Below are positions 9,439 to 18,978 of a stretch of 64,000 nt of DNA, piece after piece. The notes below the pieces were generated by a model, which had not been told where the DNA came from, ran no database searches, and worked only from the letters and a program-made list of their open reading frames with translations. The stretch is from positions 5,248 through 69,247 of the forward strand of contig JAFZAC010000031.1 in NCBI GenBank assembly GCA_017548365.1, written 5' to 3'. Within the stretch, counting starts at the first letter, position 1; each line of letters opens with the position of its first letter. The DNA comes from Muribaculaceae bacterium. Its GTDB lineage: Bacteria; Bacteroidota; Bacteroidia; Bacteroidales; Muribaculaceae. Position numbers and translations under genes: made by a program.

Positions 9439-10587
9439 TTACTTGTAAGCTCTTATATAAATGTCTCTTATATCATCGGCTGTGTACTCACGGGGAGCGT
9501 GAGACGGACTACCGCTCATGATAGCCTCGAAGCTCATGTCATCGACTGCCGCCATATAAGCATTACGATCAATGCCAAACTCGCTCATAGTGGGCACATC
9601 AAGTCGCTCAACGAGCTTCTCAACTTCCTCTACAAACTTCTCGCTGGCGTCGATCTCGTCAACCGCCTGAATGCGCAAGTAGGTAGCTATGCGCGACAGG
9701 TTATGTCGAGCCGCCATCTCCATGTCGCTCAAGCACACATTAAGGAGCATAGCATTAGACATTCCGTGGGGAACATGGAAACGTGCGCCAATGGGACGAC
9801 TCATGCCATGTATCAAGGTCACACTGCTGTTGTTGATGCAGATGCCGGCCTGCAAAGCAGCTATCGACATTTCTCGTCGAGCATTGAAATTGCTGCCGTC
9901 GCGGTAAGCTTGAGGCAAATATCGCATGATGCGCTTGATGGCACTCAAAGCCAATGCGTCGCTCAATGGCTGTGCATTTACCGAGATAAATGCCTCGATG
10001 GCATGTGTCAACGCATCAAGGCCTGTGGCAGCGGTCACTATCTTGGGACATCCGTTAGAGAAAGTGTAGTCGAGCATTGCCATCTTGGGCAACAGAGCGT
10101 TGCCTGTGAGAAGCATCTTAACGCCTGTTTTCTCGTCGGTGATAATGGTATATTTAGTAACTTCCGAACCTGAGCCTGCAGTTGTGGGAATGCAAATTAC
10201 TGGTGGCAGTTCGGCATCATCAATGCGCACGCCTTTATAGTCGGCAATCGAACCTTCTAGCACAGTCATCGCGGCGATGGCTTTTGCCGCATCGAGAGGA
10301 CTTCCTCCTCCCAGGCCGATTATAAAGTCGCAGCCATATTCCTGATAGGCTTTCACACCAGCCTCAATCATGCCGACTGTGGGTTCTCCCTCGATATTGG
10401 TAATCACGTTATATTTCACACGGTCGTTGTCGAGCGTGCGTTCCAGGCTTGCTATCATTGTAGAACGAGCAATATTGGGTCCTGTAACTATCAATGCGTG
10501 CTTTCCATAAAGGTTGAAAACGTTCTCGACCGAGGCAACAATATTGTCGCCCATCATTATCTTATCGGGGACTTTAAATTGGTACAT
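9439..10587 (-). CDS. Iron-containing alcohol dehydrogenase
   Basis: GGGSPLDAAK, PTTAGSGSEVT, GLDALTHAIE and HGMS...HVPHG motifs. Confidence 0.92.
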   Translation of the reverse strand: MYQFKVPDKIMMGDNIVASVENVFNLYGKHALIVTGPNIARSTMIASLERTLDNDRVKYNVITNIEGEPTVGMIEAGVKAYQEYGCDFIIGLGGGSPLDAAKAIAAMTVLEGSIADYKGVRIDDAELPPVICIPTTAGSGSEVTKYTIITDEKTGVKMLLTGNALLPKMAMLDYTFSNGCPKIVTAATGLDALTHAIEAFISVNAQPLSDALALSAIKRIMRYLPQAYRDGSNFNARREMSIAALQAGICINNSSVTLIHGMSRPIGARFHVPHGMSNAMLLNVCLSDMEMAARHNLSRIATYLRIQAVDEIDASEKFVEEVEKLVERLDVPTMSEFGIDRNAYMAAVDDMSFEAIMSGSPSHAPREYTADDIRDIYIRAYK

Positions 10588-10689
10588 AATACTCTGTTTT
10601 TAATAATTAGTGCAAAAATAAAGAAAATCTTTCACATTTCACTTAAGAATGAGAAAGATTTTGCCCTATAAATGTTTTTTATGGAAAAA

Positions 10690-11199
10690 TCAGTAGTTGG
10701 TGATAATATAGCCGCCATTGACGGTCGCGCGAACTTTATACACATTCAATCCCACTTTGTAATCAATGGCCATACCGCTCTTGGGGCCTCCGCCGCCCAG
10801 CAGGACATCATAGCGAGACTTGCACTTGTTGCAAACGGCATCGAAATTGTCGGGGTCAATCGACACTGTCACATCTGCGTTGTGCTCAACGGGGCATGCA
10901 AGGTCGTAGGCCAAAGGAGCGGCACCTCCAGTGCTCATGTCCTGCCCCATGAAAAGCAACACACCGCCAAAACCAGTGTAGGTGTTAACATTGTAAGGGA
11001 AATTAGATGGAATACCTTTAGCGCGGTTAAAGATACGGTACTCGCCCAGCGAGTGAACGCCATAGGTATTCCACTTGCCATATTCTCCCAGGTCAATTCG
11101 CACCGAATATCCCGGCAACGACTTATTGTTAATCTTGTCGCAACCCACAAGCAACCCGAAAGCCACTATCAGCAACATATATATCTTTATTCTCATCAT
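10690..11199 (-). CDS. Lipoprotein with Rieske-like (2Fe-2S/metal-binding) fold
   Basis: Lipobox LVGC; YDLACPVEH...CNKCKSRY pattern. Confidence 0.55.
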   Translation of the reverse strand: MMRIKIYMLLIVAFGLLVGCDKINNKSLPGYSVRIDLGEYGKWNTYGVHSLGEYRIFNRAKGIPSNFPYNVNTYTGFGGVLLFMGQDMSTGGAAPLAYDLACPVEHNADVTVSIDPDNFDAVCNKCKSRYDVLLGGGGPKSGMAIDYKVGLNVYKVRATVNGGYIITNY

Positions 11200-11303
11200 T
11201 CTATTAACGCATAATTCATTACAATATTATACATTAAACTATTATTCAAATAGATAAAAAACTCGATATAAGCATCGGCTTTGTCGAAAGATTTTGGGCT
11301 CAA

Positions 11304-11654
11304 TCACTGATTATTCAGTAATTGCCGGTGTGTTCTGGTATTAGCGACATACTTTTCTAGATACCAGTTCTTGAACTGATCGGCATCGGCAGGATAATAG
11401 CTCCAATGGTCTAATCTATTCCAAAGAATAGCCTTTAAACCAAGGGGAGTGCCATCTTCTTCATAAGGTAAAATGGATGGCAAATCATACTTCTCGGAAT
11501 AATAATCTAAACATTCTTGCGGAACAGGGCTATTCTCCAAGACCATCCTCACCCATGCTTCCTCATATCCCCACATAAGGTTGTCAATTTCTTCGGGTGG
11601 ATATTCCTCACCGTTGTAATAACGGCAGTCCAATATCAATTCTTCTCGTGTCAT
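11304..11654 (-). CDS. Small hypothetical protein (CRYYNGE / WGYE..WV type)
   Basis: The start was moved to MTREELILDCRYY (ATG 11654) because TATCTTTG (-7 box) lies just upstream; AT-rich. Confidence 0.6.
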   Translation of the reverse strand: MTREELILDCRYYNGEEYPPEEIDNLMWGYEEAWVRMVLENSPVPQECLDYYSEKYDLPSILPYEEDGTPLGLKAILWNRLDHWSYYPADADQFKNWYLEKYVANTRTHRQLLNNQ

Positions 11655-11840
11655 AACTGTTGCAAAGATACAACTTTTTACCCAATAATTATGATATAGT
11701 GAATGCGTTTGAGCCAAAAGCGGTGCATGTTGCCAACAAGATGTCGGTAAAATTCGAGAAAAATAAAGCAAATTAGCAGTTTGTCTGACTGTGCTTCTGA
11801 AAAAAATCGTAACTTTGCAGTCTGAAATACGTTATTAATC

Positions 11841-13202
11841 ATGAACAAACTTAATTTAAAATATGACGGCGGCGAGGAGTTTTCCAAGAAACTTTTTTTG
11901 GAGACTTACGGCTGCCAGATGAATGTTGCCGACAGCGAGGTGGTGGCAAGTGTGATGCAGATGGCTGGATATGGCACTACCGATAACCTCGATGCTGCCG
12001 ACGCTATCTTCATTAACACATGCAGCGTGCGCGACAATGCCGAGCAACGCATCTTCGCGCGCCTGAACACTCTCAACGCATTGCGTCGCAAGCGCCAGCG
12101 CCGACTCATAATAGGTATCATAGGCTGCATGGCCGAGCGCATGAAGGATGAACTCATCAATGAGCATGGCGTTGACCTCGTGGCTGGACCTGACAGCTAT
12201 CTTGAGCTCCCCAATCTCATCGCCACTGCCGAGACAGGCGAGAAGGCTATCAATGTAGAGCTCTCGACCACCGAGACCTACCGCGACATAATTCCAAAGC
12301 GACTGGGCAGCAGCCGCACAAGCGGCTTTATCTCGATAATGCGTGGATGCAACAATTTCTGCACCTACTGCATCGTGCCCTATACACGAGGACGCGAGCG
12401 CAGCCGCGAGCCGCAGAGCATCATCAACGAGCTCCACGACCTGCAAACCAAAGGATTCAAAGAGGTGACACTACTCGGCCAGAATGTAAATTCCTATCTT
12501 TTCAAAAGCGACAAAGGCGATGTGGATTTTGCCGCCTTGCTGGCAATGGTCGCCGAGGCGACTCCCGAGATGCGCGTGCGTTTCACAACTAGCAATCCAG
12601 AAGACTTGAGTGACGCCATCATCGACACCATGGCAAGCCATGCCAACATATGCAACCACATCCACCTGCCGGTACAGAGCGGCAGCAACAAGGTACTCAA
12701 GCTCATGAACCGCAAGTACACCCGCGAGTGGTATTTGGACCGCATAGCACGCATCCGTCAGGCGATGCCCGACTGCGGCATCTCGACCGACATGTTCACA
12801 GGTTTCCACGATGAGACCGAAGAGGACTTCCAGGAGACTCTAAGCCTGATGCGCGAAGTGGGCTTTGACTCGGCTTTCATGTTCAAATACAGCGAGCGTC
12901 CAGGAACTTTCGCTGCTAAACGCCTGCCCGACAACGTGCCTGAAGACGTGAAAATCGACCGCCTTAACCGTATGATAGCTCTGCAAAACGAACTCTCACT
13001 ATGCAGCAATCGTGCCGATGTTGGCAAGACCTTCGAAGTGCTTGTAGAAGGCTACAGCAAGCGCTCCAAGGACGATATGTTTGGCCGCACCCAGCAAAAC
13101 AAGGTTATTGTCTTCCCCGCTGGAGATGCCAAAGTGGGCAACCTAGTAATGTGCACAGTAGAGAGAGCCACAAGCGCAACGCTTATAGGAAATAGAAGGT
13201 GA
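11841..13202 (+). CDS. miaB: tRNA-2-methylthio-N6-dimethylallyladenosine synthase MiaB
   Basis: ETYGCQMN, NTCSVR, GCMAER, radical SAM CNNFCTYC and a C-terminal TRAM domain. Confidence 0.97.
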   Translation: MNKLNLKYDGGEEFSKKLFLETYGCQMNVADSEVVASVMQMAGYGTTDNLDAADAIFINTCSVRDNAEQRIFARLNTLNALRRKRQRRLIIGIIGCMAERMKDELINEHGVDLVAGPDSYLELPNLIATAETGEKAINVELSTTETYRDIIPKRLGSSRTSGFISIMRGCNNFCTYCIVPYTRGRERSREPQSIINELHDLQTKGFKEVTLLGQNVNSYLFKSDKGDVDFAALLAMVAEATPEMRVRFTTSNPEDLSDAIIDTMASHANICNHIHLPVQSGSNKVLKLMNRKYTREWYLDRIARIRQAMPDCGISTDMFTGFHDETEEDFQETLSLMREVGFDSAFMFKYSERPGTFAAKRLPDNVPEDVKIDRLNRMIALQNELSLCSNRADVGKTFEVLVEGYSKRSKDDMFGRTQQNKVIVFPAGDAKVGNLVMCTVERATSATLIGNRR

Positions 13203-13231
13203 GAGGGAAGAGTGAGAGGGAAGAGTGAGAG
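13199..13231 (+). repeat. Short purine-rich tandem repeat (GTGAGAGGGAAGA x2.5)
   Basis: gtgagagggaagagtgagagggaagagtgagag directly at the miaB stop. Confidence 0.6.
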
Positions 13232-13280
13232 ATTCTTTTTTCCTTTTATTCATTTTATTCCTTTCAACACTATAAAAAAC

Positions 13281-13314
13281 AAAGAGCCTCGACTATAAAT
13301 AGCTGAGACTCTTT
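13281..13314. terminator. Probable bidirectional terminator between miaB and tRNA-Met
   Basis: AAAGAGCCTC...GAGACTCTTT imperfect inverted repeat with A/T tails. Confidence 0.5.
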
Positions 13315-13321
13315 TATTTAG

Positions 13322-13393
13322 TGGCGGGGGCCGGATTCGAACCAACGACCTCTGGGTTATGAGCCCAACGAGCTACCACTGCTCCACCCCGCG
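13322..13393 (-). tRNA. tRNA-fMet (CAT), initiator type
   Basis: The reverse complement reads CGCGGGG...GGGCT-CAT-AACCC...GGTTCGAATCC...CCCCGCCA, with an unpaired C1 and three G-C pairs in the anticodon stem. CCA is not encoded. Confidence 0.95.
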
Positions 13394-13578
13394 ATTTGCG
13401 ACTGCAAAATTACTACTTTTTGCCGAAATGACAAAAAAATATGCGTGAATAAGGAATTTTTAAACAAGATTTAACAATTAGCATAAACTCACAATTCATA
13501 ACAAAGGCTGCACATCAACAAGATGAGTGCAGCCTCTGTATTGCTTTGTATCGTGCGGAATGATTCCGCACAAGATCC

Positions 13579-16005
13579 TTAGTCAAATGCTCCTTGCATG
13601 TTTTCGGCTTTGTGCGGTTCTTCTCGGCGAGTGGCCTGATTAGCTCCTGCTTGTGCAGCAGCTCCGCCTCCTGCAGCATTCTTCCTACCCGTTCCAACAC
13701 CAATCACATCGCTATTGCGAGGCGCAAGTCCCTTAGGACGCTCGCAATAATCGAAGTCGGAAGGAATGGGGAATTTCGCATCCCTATTATACTTAGGAAG
13801 TGCCGGATCATCAAGCACAAGTTTCATGTATCTACCCCAGATGGGCAGAGCCTGTGTGGCACCCACACCATTGTAGTGGATGTAACGCTCTTCACCACCA
13901 ACCCAAACACCGTTTACCAGCTGCGGAGTGAATCCCATGAACCAACCGTCCATATTATCATTGGTAGTACCTGTCTTACCACCCATTTCTATGGCTCCCA
14001 CATACCCTCTTGCAGCGGTACCGGTACCACTGGCAATAACATTCTTGAGCATGTCGACCATGCAGAAGCTTGAACGCTCGCTGAGTACCTCCTTTTGACG
14101 AGGCTTGAACTCAGCAATTTTGTTGCCATGGCTGTCGTAGATATACTTAACAAACAACGGGTCGCTTCTAATTCCCTTGTTGGCGAATACCGAATATCCA
14201 CTAACCTGCTGCTTCACCGAAATCTCGCAAGAGCCCAAACACAAAGGTGCCACAGTATCAAACTCGTTGGTCAATCCAAAGTTGTGCAGCATAGTGATGA
14301 GGTTGGTCACCTTGAGCAGGTCAACAAGACGCGCAGCACAGGTGTTGTTAGAACTAGTGATAGCCTGCTTAAGGGTGAGCATACCACCGCCACCACCACC
14401 ACGGGGGCTCCAACCATTGATGTTAACACGCGCATTGGAAATCTGGTCACAAGGATTGTAGCCACATTCCATAGCCAGCGAGTAAAGGTATGGCTTCATA
14501 GTAGAACCAATTTGACGTCTACCCACCGATACCATGTCATAGTTGAAGTGGTCAAAGTCGGGACCACCCACATAGGCCTTCACCTCGCCTGTGGTTGCAT
14601 CCATCGACATCATGCCGCAACGAAGTATGTTCTTTGCAAACTTGAGAGAATCAAGCGGCGAAATAAACATCTTGCTTTGCTTGGTCGAATCACCGTTAAT
14701 GGGATCGTAAATGTTTTTAAGATTCTGTTTGGTCTTGAAGTTGACCAATATTTCATCTTCACTCAATCCCTGAGCTTTGAGAGCACGATAACGAGACGAG
14801 TTGCGGATGGTATTCATGAGCAAACGCTCTTGCACCTTCTTGGGAAGTCCGCTGCTGGCATAAGGGTCACGTCCTGGCCTTGAGCAGAATCCACTTTGAA
14901 GCTTTTTCAAGTGCTCTTCTACCGCAGTCTCGGCATGCTTTTGCATTCGGCTGTCGATTGTGGTATAAATTTTCAGTCCGTCGGTGTAAATATTGTAAGG
15001 ACGTCCATCGGGCTTGTGGTTCTTGTTGCACCATCCATAGAGTGGATTGTCAACCCATTGAGTTGAGTCGTCATAGAACGCCTGCTTGTTCCACATGGGG
15101 TAGTCGGTATAAACAGGACGCTTTGCCATCATCATGCGCTTAACCTCCTCACGCAGATAGGGAGCAATGCCTCCTGCCTGAGTCACCACATGATAATTAG
15201 AGAGGTCGATATCAGTCTGCTTAGCTTTCTCGCAATCGGCCTGAGAGATATATCCAGCAGAAGCCATTTTATTGAGCACCAGGTTGCGACGGCTCTTGGC
15301 ACGCTCGGGATAACGACGCGGGTTATAGTAAGATGGGTTCTTACACATTCCCACCAGCAGAGCAGCTTCCTGCAGATTAAGGTCGCTGGGAGAGTTTTTG
15401 CCAAAATATACATAGGCAGCACTCTTGATACCCACAGCATTATTCAAGAAGTCAAACTGGTTGAAATACATCTGCATTATCTCATTCTTGGTGAAATAAC
15501 GCTCGAGCTTCATGGAGATTACCCACTCGATTGGCTTTTGAAGAGCACGTTCAAACAACGAGCTGGACTGAGGTGTGTAGAGCTGCTTGGCGAGCTGCTG
15601 AGTGATAGTACTACCACCACCAGCTTCTTTCTGGCCCATGATTATTCTCTTGACAATTGAACGCACAATAGCCGTAGCGTCAATACCCGAGTGGTCGTAA
15701 TACCTCTCGTCCTCGGTAGCAATGAGCGCGTGCTTCAAGCAAGAGGGAAGATCATCAAAATCAACATAATATCTATTTCCCTTGCTTTGGAAAATCTTAC
15801 CCATTTCTTGTCCGTCATCGGTATACATTGTGGAGGCAAAGTTATCGGTTGGATTCCTCAGCTCAGCCACAGGAGGCATATATCCAATGATTCCGTTATA
15901 AATAAGGAAAAAGACAAAAAATACAGCGATGAAGAACAGCGCTAGGCCTCGCCACAACCATTTAATTATCTTGTTGTTACGCGCTTCTCTATTATTATTT
16001 GCCAT
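13579..16005 (-). CDS. mrcA: Class A penicillin-binding protein 1A (transglycosylase/transpeptidase)
   Basis: GT51 motifs EDERY, GGSTITQQLAK and EIMQMYFN; transpeptidase STMK, SNN and KTG motifs. Confidence 0.92.
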   Translation of the reverse strand: MANNNREARNNKIIKWLWRGLALFFIAVFFVFFLIYNGIIGYMPPVAELRNPTDNFASTMYTDDGQEMGKIFQSKGNRYYVDFDDLPSCLKHALIATEDERYYDHSGIDATAIVRSIVKRIIMGQKEAGGGSTITQQLAKQLYTPQSSSLFERALQKPIEWVISMKLERYFTKNEIMQMYFNQFDFLNNAVGIKSAAYVYFGKNSPSDLNLQEAALLVGMCKNPSYYNPRRYPERAKSRRNLVLNKMASAGYISQADCEKAKQTDIDLSNYHVVTQAGGIAPYLREEVKRMMMAKRPVYTDYPMWNKQAFYDDSTQWVDNPLYGWCNKNHKPDGRPYNIYTDGLKIYTTIDSRMQKHAETAVEEHLKKLQSGFCSRPGRDPYASSGLPKKVQERLLMNTIRNSSRYRALKAQGLSEDEILVNFKTKQNLKNIYDPINGDSTKQSKMFISPLDSLKFAKNILRCGMMSMDATTGEVKAYVGGPDFDHFNYDMVSVGRRQIGSTMKPYLYSLAMECGYNPCDQISNARVNINGWSPRGGGGGGMLTLKQAITSSNNTCAARLVDLLKVTNLITMLHNFGLTNEFDTVAPLCLGSCEISVKQQVSGYSVFANKGIRSDPLFVKYIYDSHGNKIAEFKPRQKEVLSERSSFCMVDMLKNVIASGTGTAARGYVGAIEMGGKTGTTNDNMDGWFMGFTPQLVNGVWVGGEERYIHYNGVGATQALPIWGRYMKLVLDDPALPKYNRDAKFPIPSDFDYCERPKGLAPRNSDVIGVGTGRKNAAGGGAAAQAGANQATRREEPHKAENMQGAFD

Positions 16006-16181
16006 TGCTTTATGTTTTGTTTTTTGTTTCTTTTAATGATTATGAAAGCCGCCAGTGCGGAACAATTCAATCTGCAAAAATAGTAATAAAATTTGATTTC
16101 ACCGCATTTTTGACAAAAATACTCACAACTATAAAGAGGAATTATAGAACTTAAAAAGTTTTTAGCTGATGTTATAACAAG

Positions 16182-16213
16182 AAAACCGCAAGGCCTGAGA
16201 GTCTTGCGGTTTT
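16182..16213. terminator. Intrinsic terminator downstream of the fumarase gene
   Basis: AAAACCGCAAGGC-ctgaga-GTCTTGCGGTTTT hairpin. Confidence 0.75.
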
Positions 16214-16231
16214 TATTGTTATCTTGTGAAC

Positions 16232-17878
16232 TTATTTGCACATGGGGCAGCGAGGCTTGATTTGCTTGAAGAAGTCGTTGCCCTTGTCATCGACGAGAAT
16301 AAAAGCTGGGAAGTCTTCGACCTCAATTTTCCATATTGCCTCCATACCAAGTTCGGGATACTCGACGCACTCGATACTCTTGATATTGTTCTGAGCAAGT
16401 ATAGCTGCCGGTCCGCCGATGCTTCCCAAGTAGAAGCCGCCGTGCTTCTTACAAGCGTCGGTCACAGCTTGTGAACGGTTACCCTTGGCGAGCATGATAA
16501 GACTGCCGCCGTGATCTTGGAACTCATCAACATAGGGGTCCATGCGTCCTGCTGTGGTGGGGCCCATCGAGCCACATGCCATTCCTGCAGGAGTCTTGGC
16601 TGGTCCAGCATAGTAAATGGGATGATCCTTGAGATACTGAGGCATGCCCTCGCCTGCATCGAGACGCGCTTTAATCTTGGCATGAGCGATGTCGCGACCC
16701 ACGATGATGGTTCCGTTAAGGCTCAGACGTGTGCTTACTGGATATTGACTCAAAATCTTGCACACCTCGCTCATGGGCTGGTTGAGATCGATTTTCACTG
16801 CATCGCCCTCACCCGCCTCGCGAAGTTCGGCAGGAATCAACTCGCCAGGATTGTCGTCAAGTTTCTCAATCCAAATACCGTCTTTGTTGATTTTAGCCTT
16901 GATGTTGCGGTCGGCACTGCAGCTCACACCGAGTCCTATTGGGCAGGATGCGCCATGTCGTGGCAAGCGCACCACGCGCACATCGTGAGCGAGATATTTG
17001 CCGCCAAATTGAGCTCCAAGCCCTATGTTGTGAGCCTCCTCAAGCAGCTGCTTTTCGAGCTCGATGTCGCGGAACGCGCGACCTGTCTCGTCACCTGTGG
17101 TGGGCAACTCATCATAATAATGAGTAGAAGCCAGCTTCACGGTGAGCAGATTCTTCTCAGCACTTGTTCCGCCTATCACTATTGCAATGTGATAAGGAGG
17201 ACAGGCAGCTGTTCCCAGAGATTTCATTTTCTCCACCAGGAAGGGGATTAGGGTGCCGGGGTTCTGGATGCGAGCCTTGGTCTCTTGATAGAGATACGTT
17301 TTATTGGCGCTGCCGCCGCCCTTGGTCACGCACAAGAAATGGTATTCCATGCCCTCGGTAGCTTCGAGGTCTATTTGTGCAGGAAGGTTGCAGCGGGTGT
17401 TCACCTCGTCAAACATAGTGAGAGGTGCGTTCTGCGAATAGCGCAGGTTCTCCTCGGTGTAGGTCTTGAAGACACCGAGCGAGAGAGCCTCCTCATCACA
17501 GAATCCAGTCCACACTTGCTGGCCCTTCTCGCCATGGATGATAGCGGTGCCGGTGTCCTGACAAAGCGGGAGCTGTCCTTTCACCGAAGTCTCAGCATTG
17601 CGCAGGAAAGTGAGAGCAACATACTTGTCGTTCTCGCTAGCTTCGGGGTCATTGAGTATTTTGGCCACCTGCTCGTTGTGTGAGCGACGCAGCATGAACG
17701 ACACGTCGCGGAAGCAGGCATTGGCAAGCATAGTCAAAGCCTCGGGCTCTATTTTCAGGATTGGTTTGCCTTCAAACTCGCCCACGCTCACGTGGTCCTT
17801 AGTAAGAAGGTAGTACTCAGTTTTGTCGGGTCCCAATTGGAACATGGGAGCATACTTAAACTCTGGAGTGTTAGCCAT
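16232..17878 (-). CDS. fumA: Class I (Fe-S) fumarate hydratase
   Basis: [34 protein letters not shown] and LGSIGGPAA motifs. Confidence 0.95.
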   Translation of the reverse strand: MANTPEFKYAPMFQLGPDKTEYYLLTKDHVSVGEFEGKPILKIEPEALTMLANACFRDVSFMLRRSHNEQVAKILNDPEASENDKYVALTFLRNAETSVKGQLPLCQDTGTAIIHGEKGQQVWTGFCDEEALSLGVFKTYTEENLRYSQNAPLTMFDEVNTRCNLPAQIDLEATEGMEYHFLCVTKGGGSANKTYLYQETKARIQNPGTLIPFLVEKMKSLGTAACPPYHIAIVIGGTSAEKNLLTVKLASTHYYDELPTTGDETGRAFRDIELEKQLLEEAHNIGLGAQFGGKYLAHDVRVVRLPRHGASCPIGLGVSCSADRNIKAKINKDGIWIEKLDDNPGELIPAELREAGEGDAVKIDLNQPMSEVCKILSQYPVSTRLSLNGTIIVGRDIAHAKIKARLDAGEGMPQYLKDHPIYYAGPAKTPAGMACGSMGPTTAGRMDPYVDEFQDHGGSLIMLAKGNRSQAVTDACKKHGGFYLGSIGGPAAILAQNNIKSIECVEYPELGMEAIWKIEVEDFPAFILVDDKGNDFFKQIKPRCPMCK

Positions 17879-18066
17879 AACAAAAAACAGTTATAATAGT
17901 TATTCTTTATTTCAACAATGCAAAGATAGTATTTTTTTGCATATAACACAAATCACAATGAATTAAGCTTCCAAAAGCATAACAATTTGCATTTTTCGTT
18001 TTTTACATTTATCTTTGCAAAAAGAAACAAATCGGAAAAACAATAACATAATAACACTTTATCACA

Positions 18067-18957
18067 ATGAAGAAAGCTTTACTATTACTAATGGGGGCAT
18101 GGGCATTGCTCACAAGCGCGCAGCAGGTGACTGTGACAAGCAGCACTACCCTGCTGCGAGGTGTGGAAGACGCCTTCTACCCCTGCCTGAACTCCGCTGG
18201 CGACAAGCTACTCTACAGTGATGTGGATGCTCACGGCCTGAAAATGCTCAACTTGACCACACAAGCCGTCACCATCATAAGCGACAAGAACGGTGCAGGC
18301 TTCAACGCCAAGTGGAGCAGCGACGGCAACGTGTACTATGTTACCAGCGCCATCAACCCAAGCGACCGTCTCGTGTATCGCACGGGAATGCGCTATGACA
18401 TGGAGCGCAAGATGAGCGATGTTGTTCTTGAGGCACAGCATGGAGCAGTCCATCTTGAGACTGGCACCCAGGGAATGGCGTTCAATGGCACTCATCGCAC
18501 CTTTTCAACAGCTCCAAACCGAGGACTGAGCGTCTACACAACCGGTTCGGAGGTTGTCCTGAACATCAACGGCAAAGAGAGTCGCTACACTCCCGTCGAG
18601 AGCTATGCCGGCTACTTGTGGGCTTCGGTGTCTCCCAAAGGCGACAAGGTGGCATTTTTCGCTGCCGGCAAGGGCATCATTGTAATAAATCTTGAAGGAA
18701 AAGTGCTAGCCGAACTCGGCAACTATGAGATGCCCTGCTGGTACAACAACGACTACATCGTGGCACAAAACGCCAGCGACGACGGTTATCAGTTCACATC
18801 CTCCCAGATACTATTGCTCAAGGCCGACGGTACGTTCCACCATGAGCTCACACCAAAGACCTCGATGACTATGCAACCCTCCTGCGGTGGCGGCAAGATA
18901 GTGTACACCACCATCGACGGAAAACTCACAATGATAACATTAGATATTAAAGAATAA
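18067..18957 (+). CDS. Exported TolB-like (PD40) beta-propeller protein
   Basis: Signal peptide; repeated blades (FYPCLNSAGDKLLYS, AKWSSDGNVYY, ASVSPKGDKVAFF). Confidence 0.6.
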   Translation: MKKALLLLMGAWALLTSAQQVTVTSSTTLLRGVEDAFYPCLNSAGDKLLYSDVDAHGLKMLNLTTQAVTIISDKNGAGFNAKWSSDGNVYYVTSAINPSDRLVYRTGMRYDMERKMSDVVLEAQHGAVHLETGTQGMAFNGTHRTFSTAPNRGLSVYTTGSEVVLNINGKESRYTPVESYAGYLWASVSPKGDKVAFFAAGKGIIVINLEGKVLAELGNYEMPCWYNNDYIVAQNASDDGYQFTSSQILLLKADGTFHHELTPKTSMTMQPSCGGGKIVYTTIDGKLTMITLDIKE

Positions 18958-18978
18958 CTGCAACACATTATATATATT

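Noticed and set aside
5819-10173. Similar long + strand ORFs opposite the CapA genes and the ADH gene
   Set aside because: Antisense shadows; they resemble each other only because the sense genes are paralogues.
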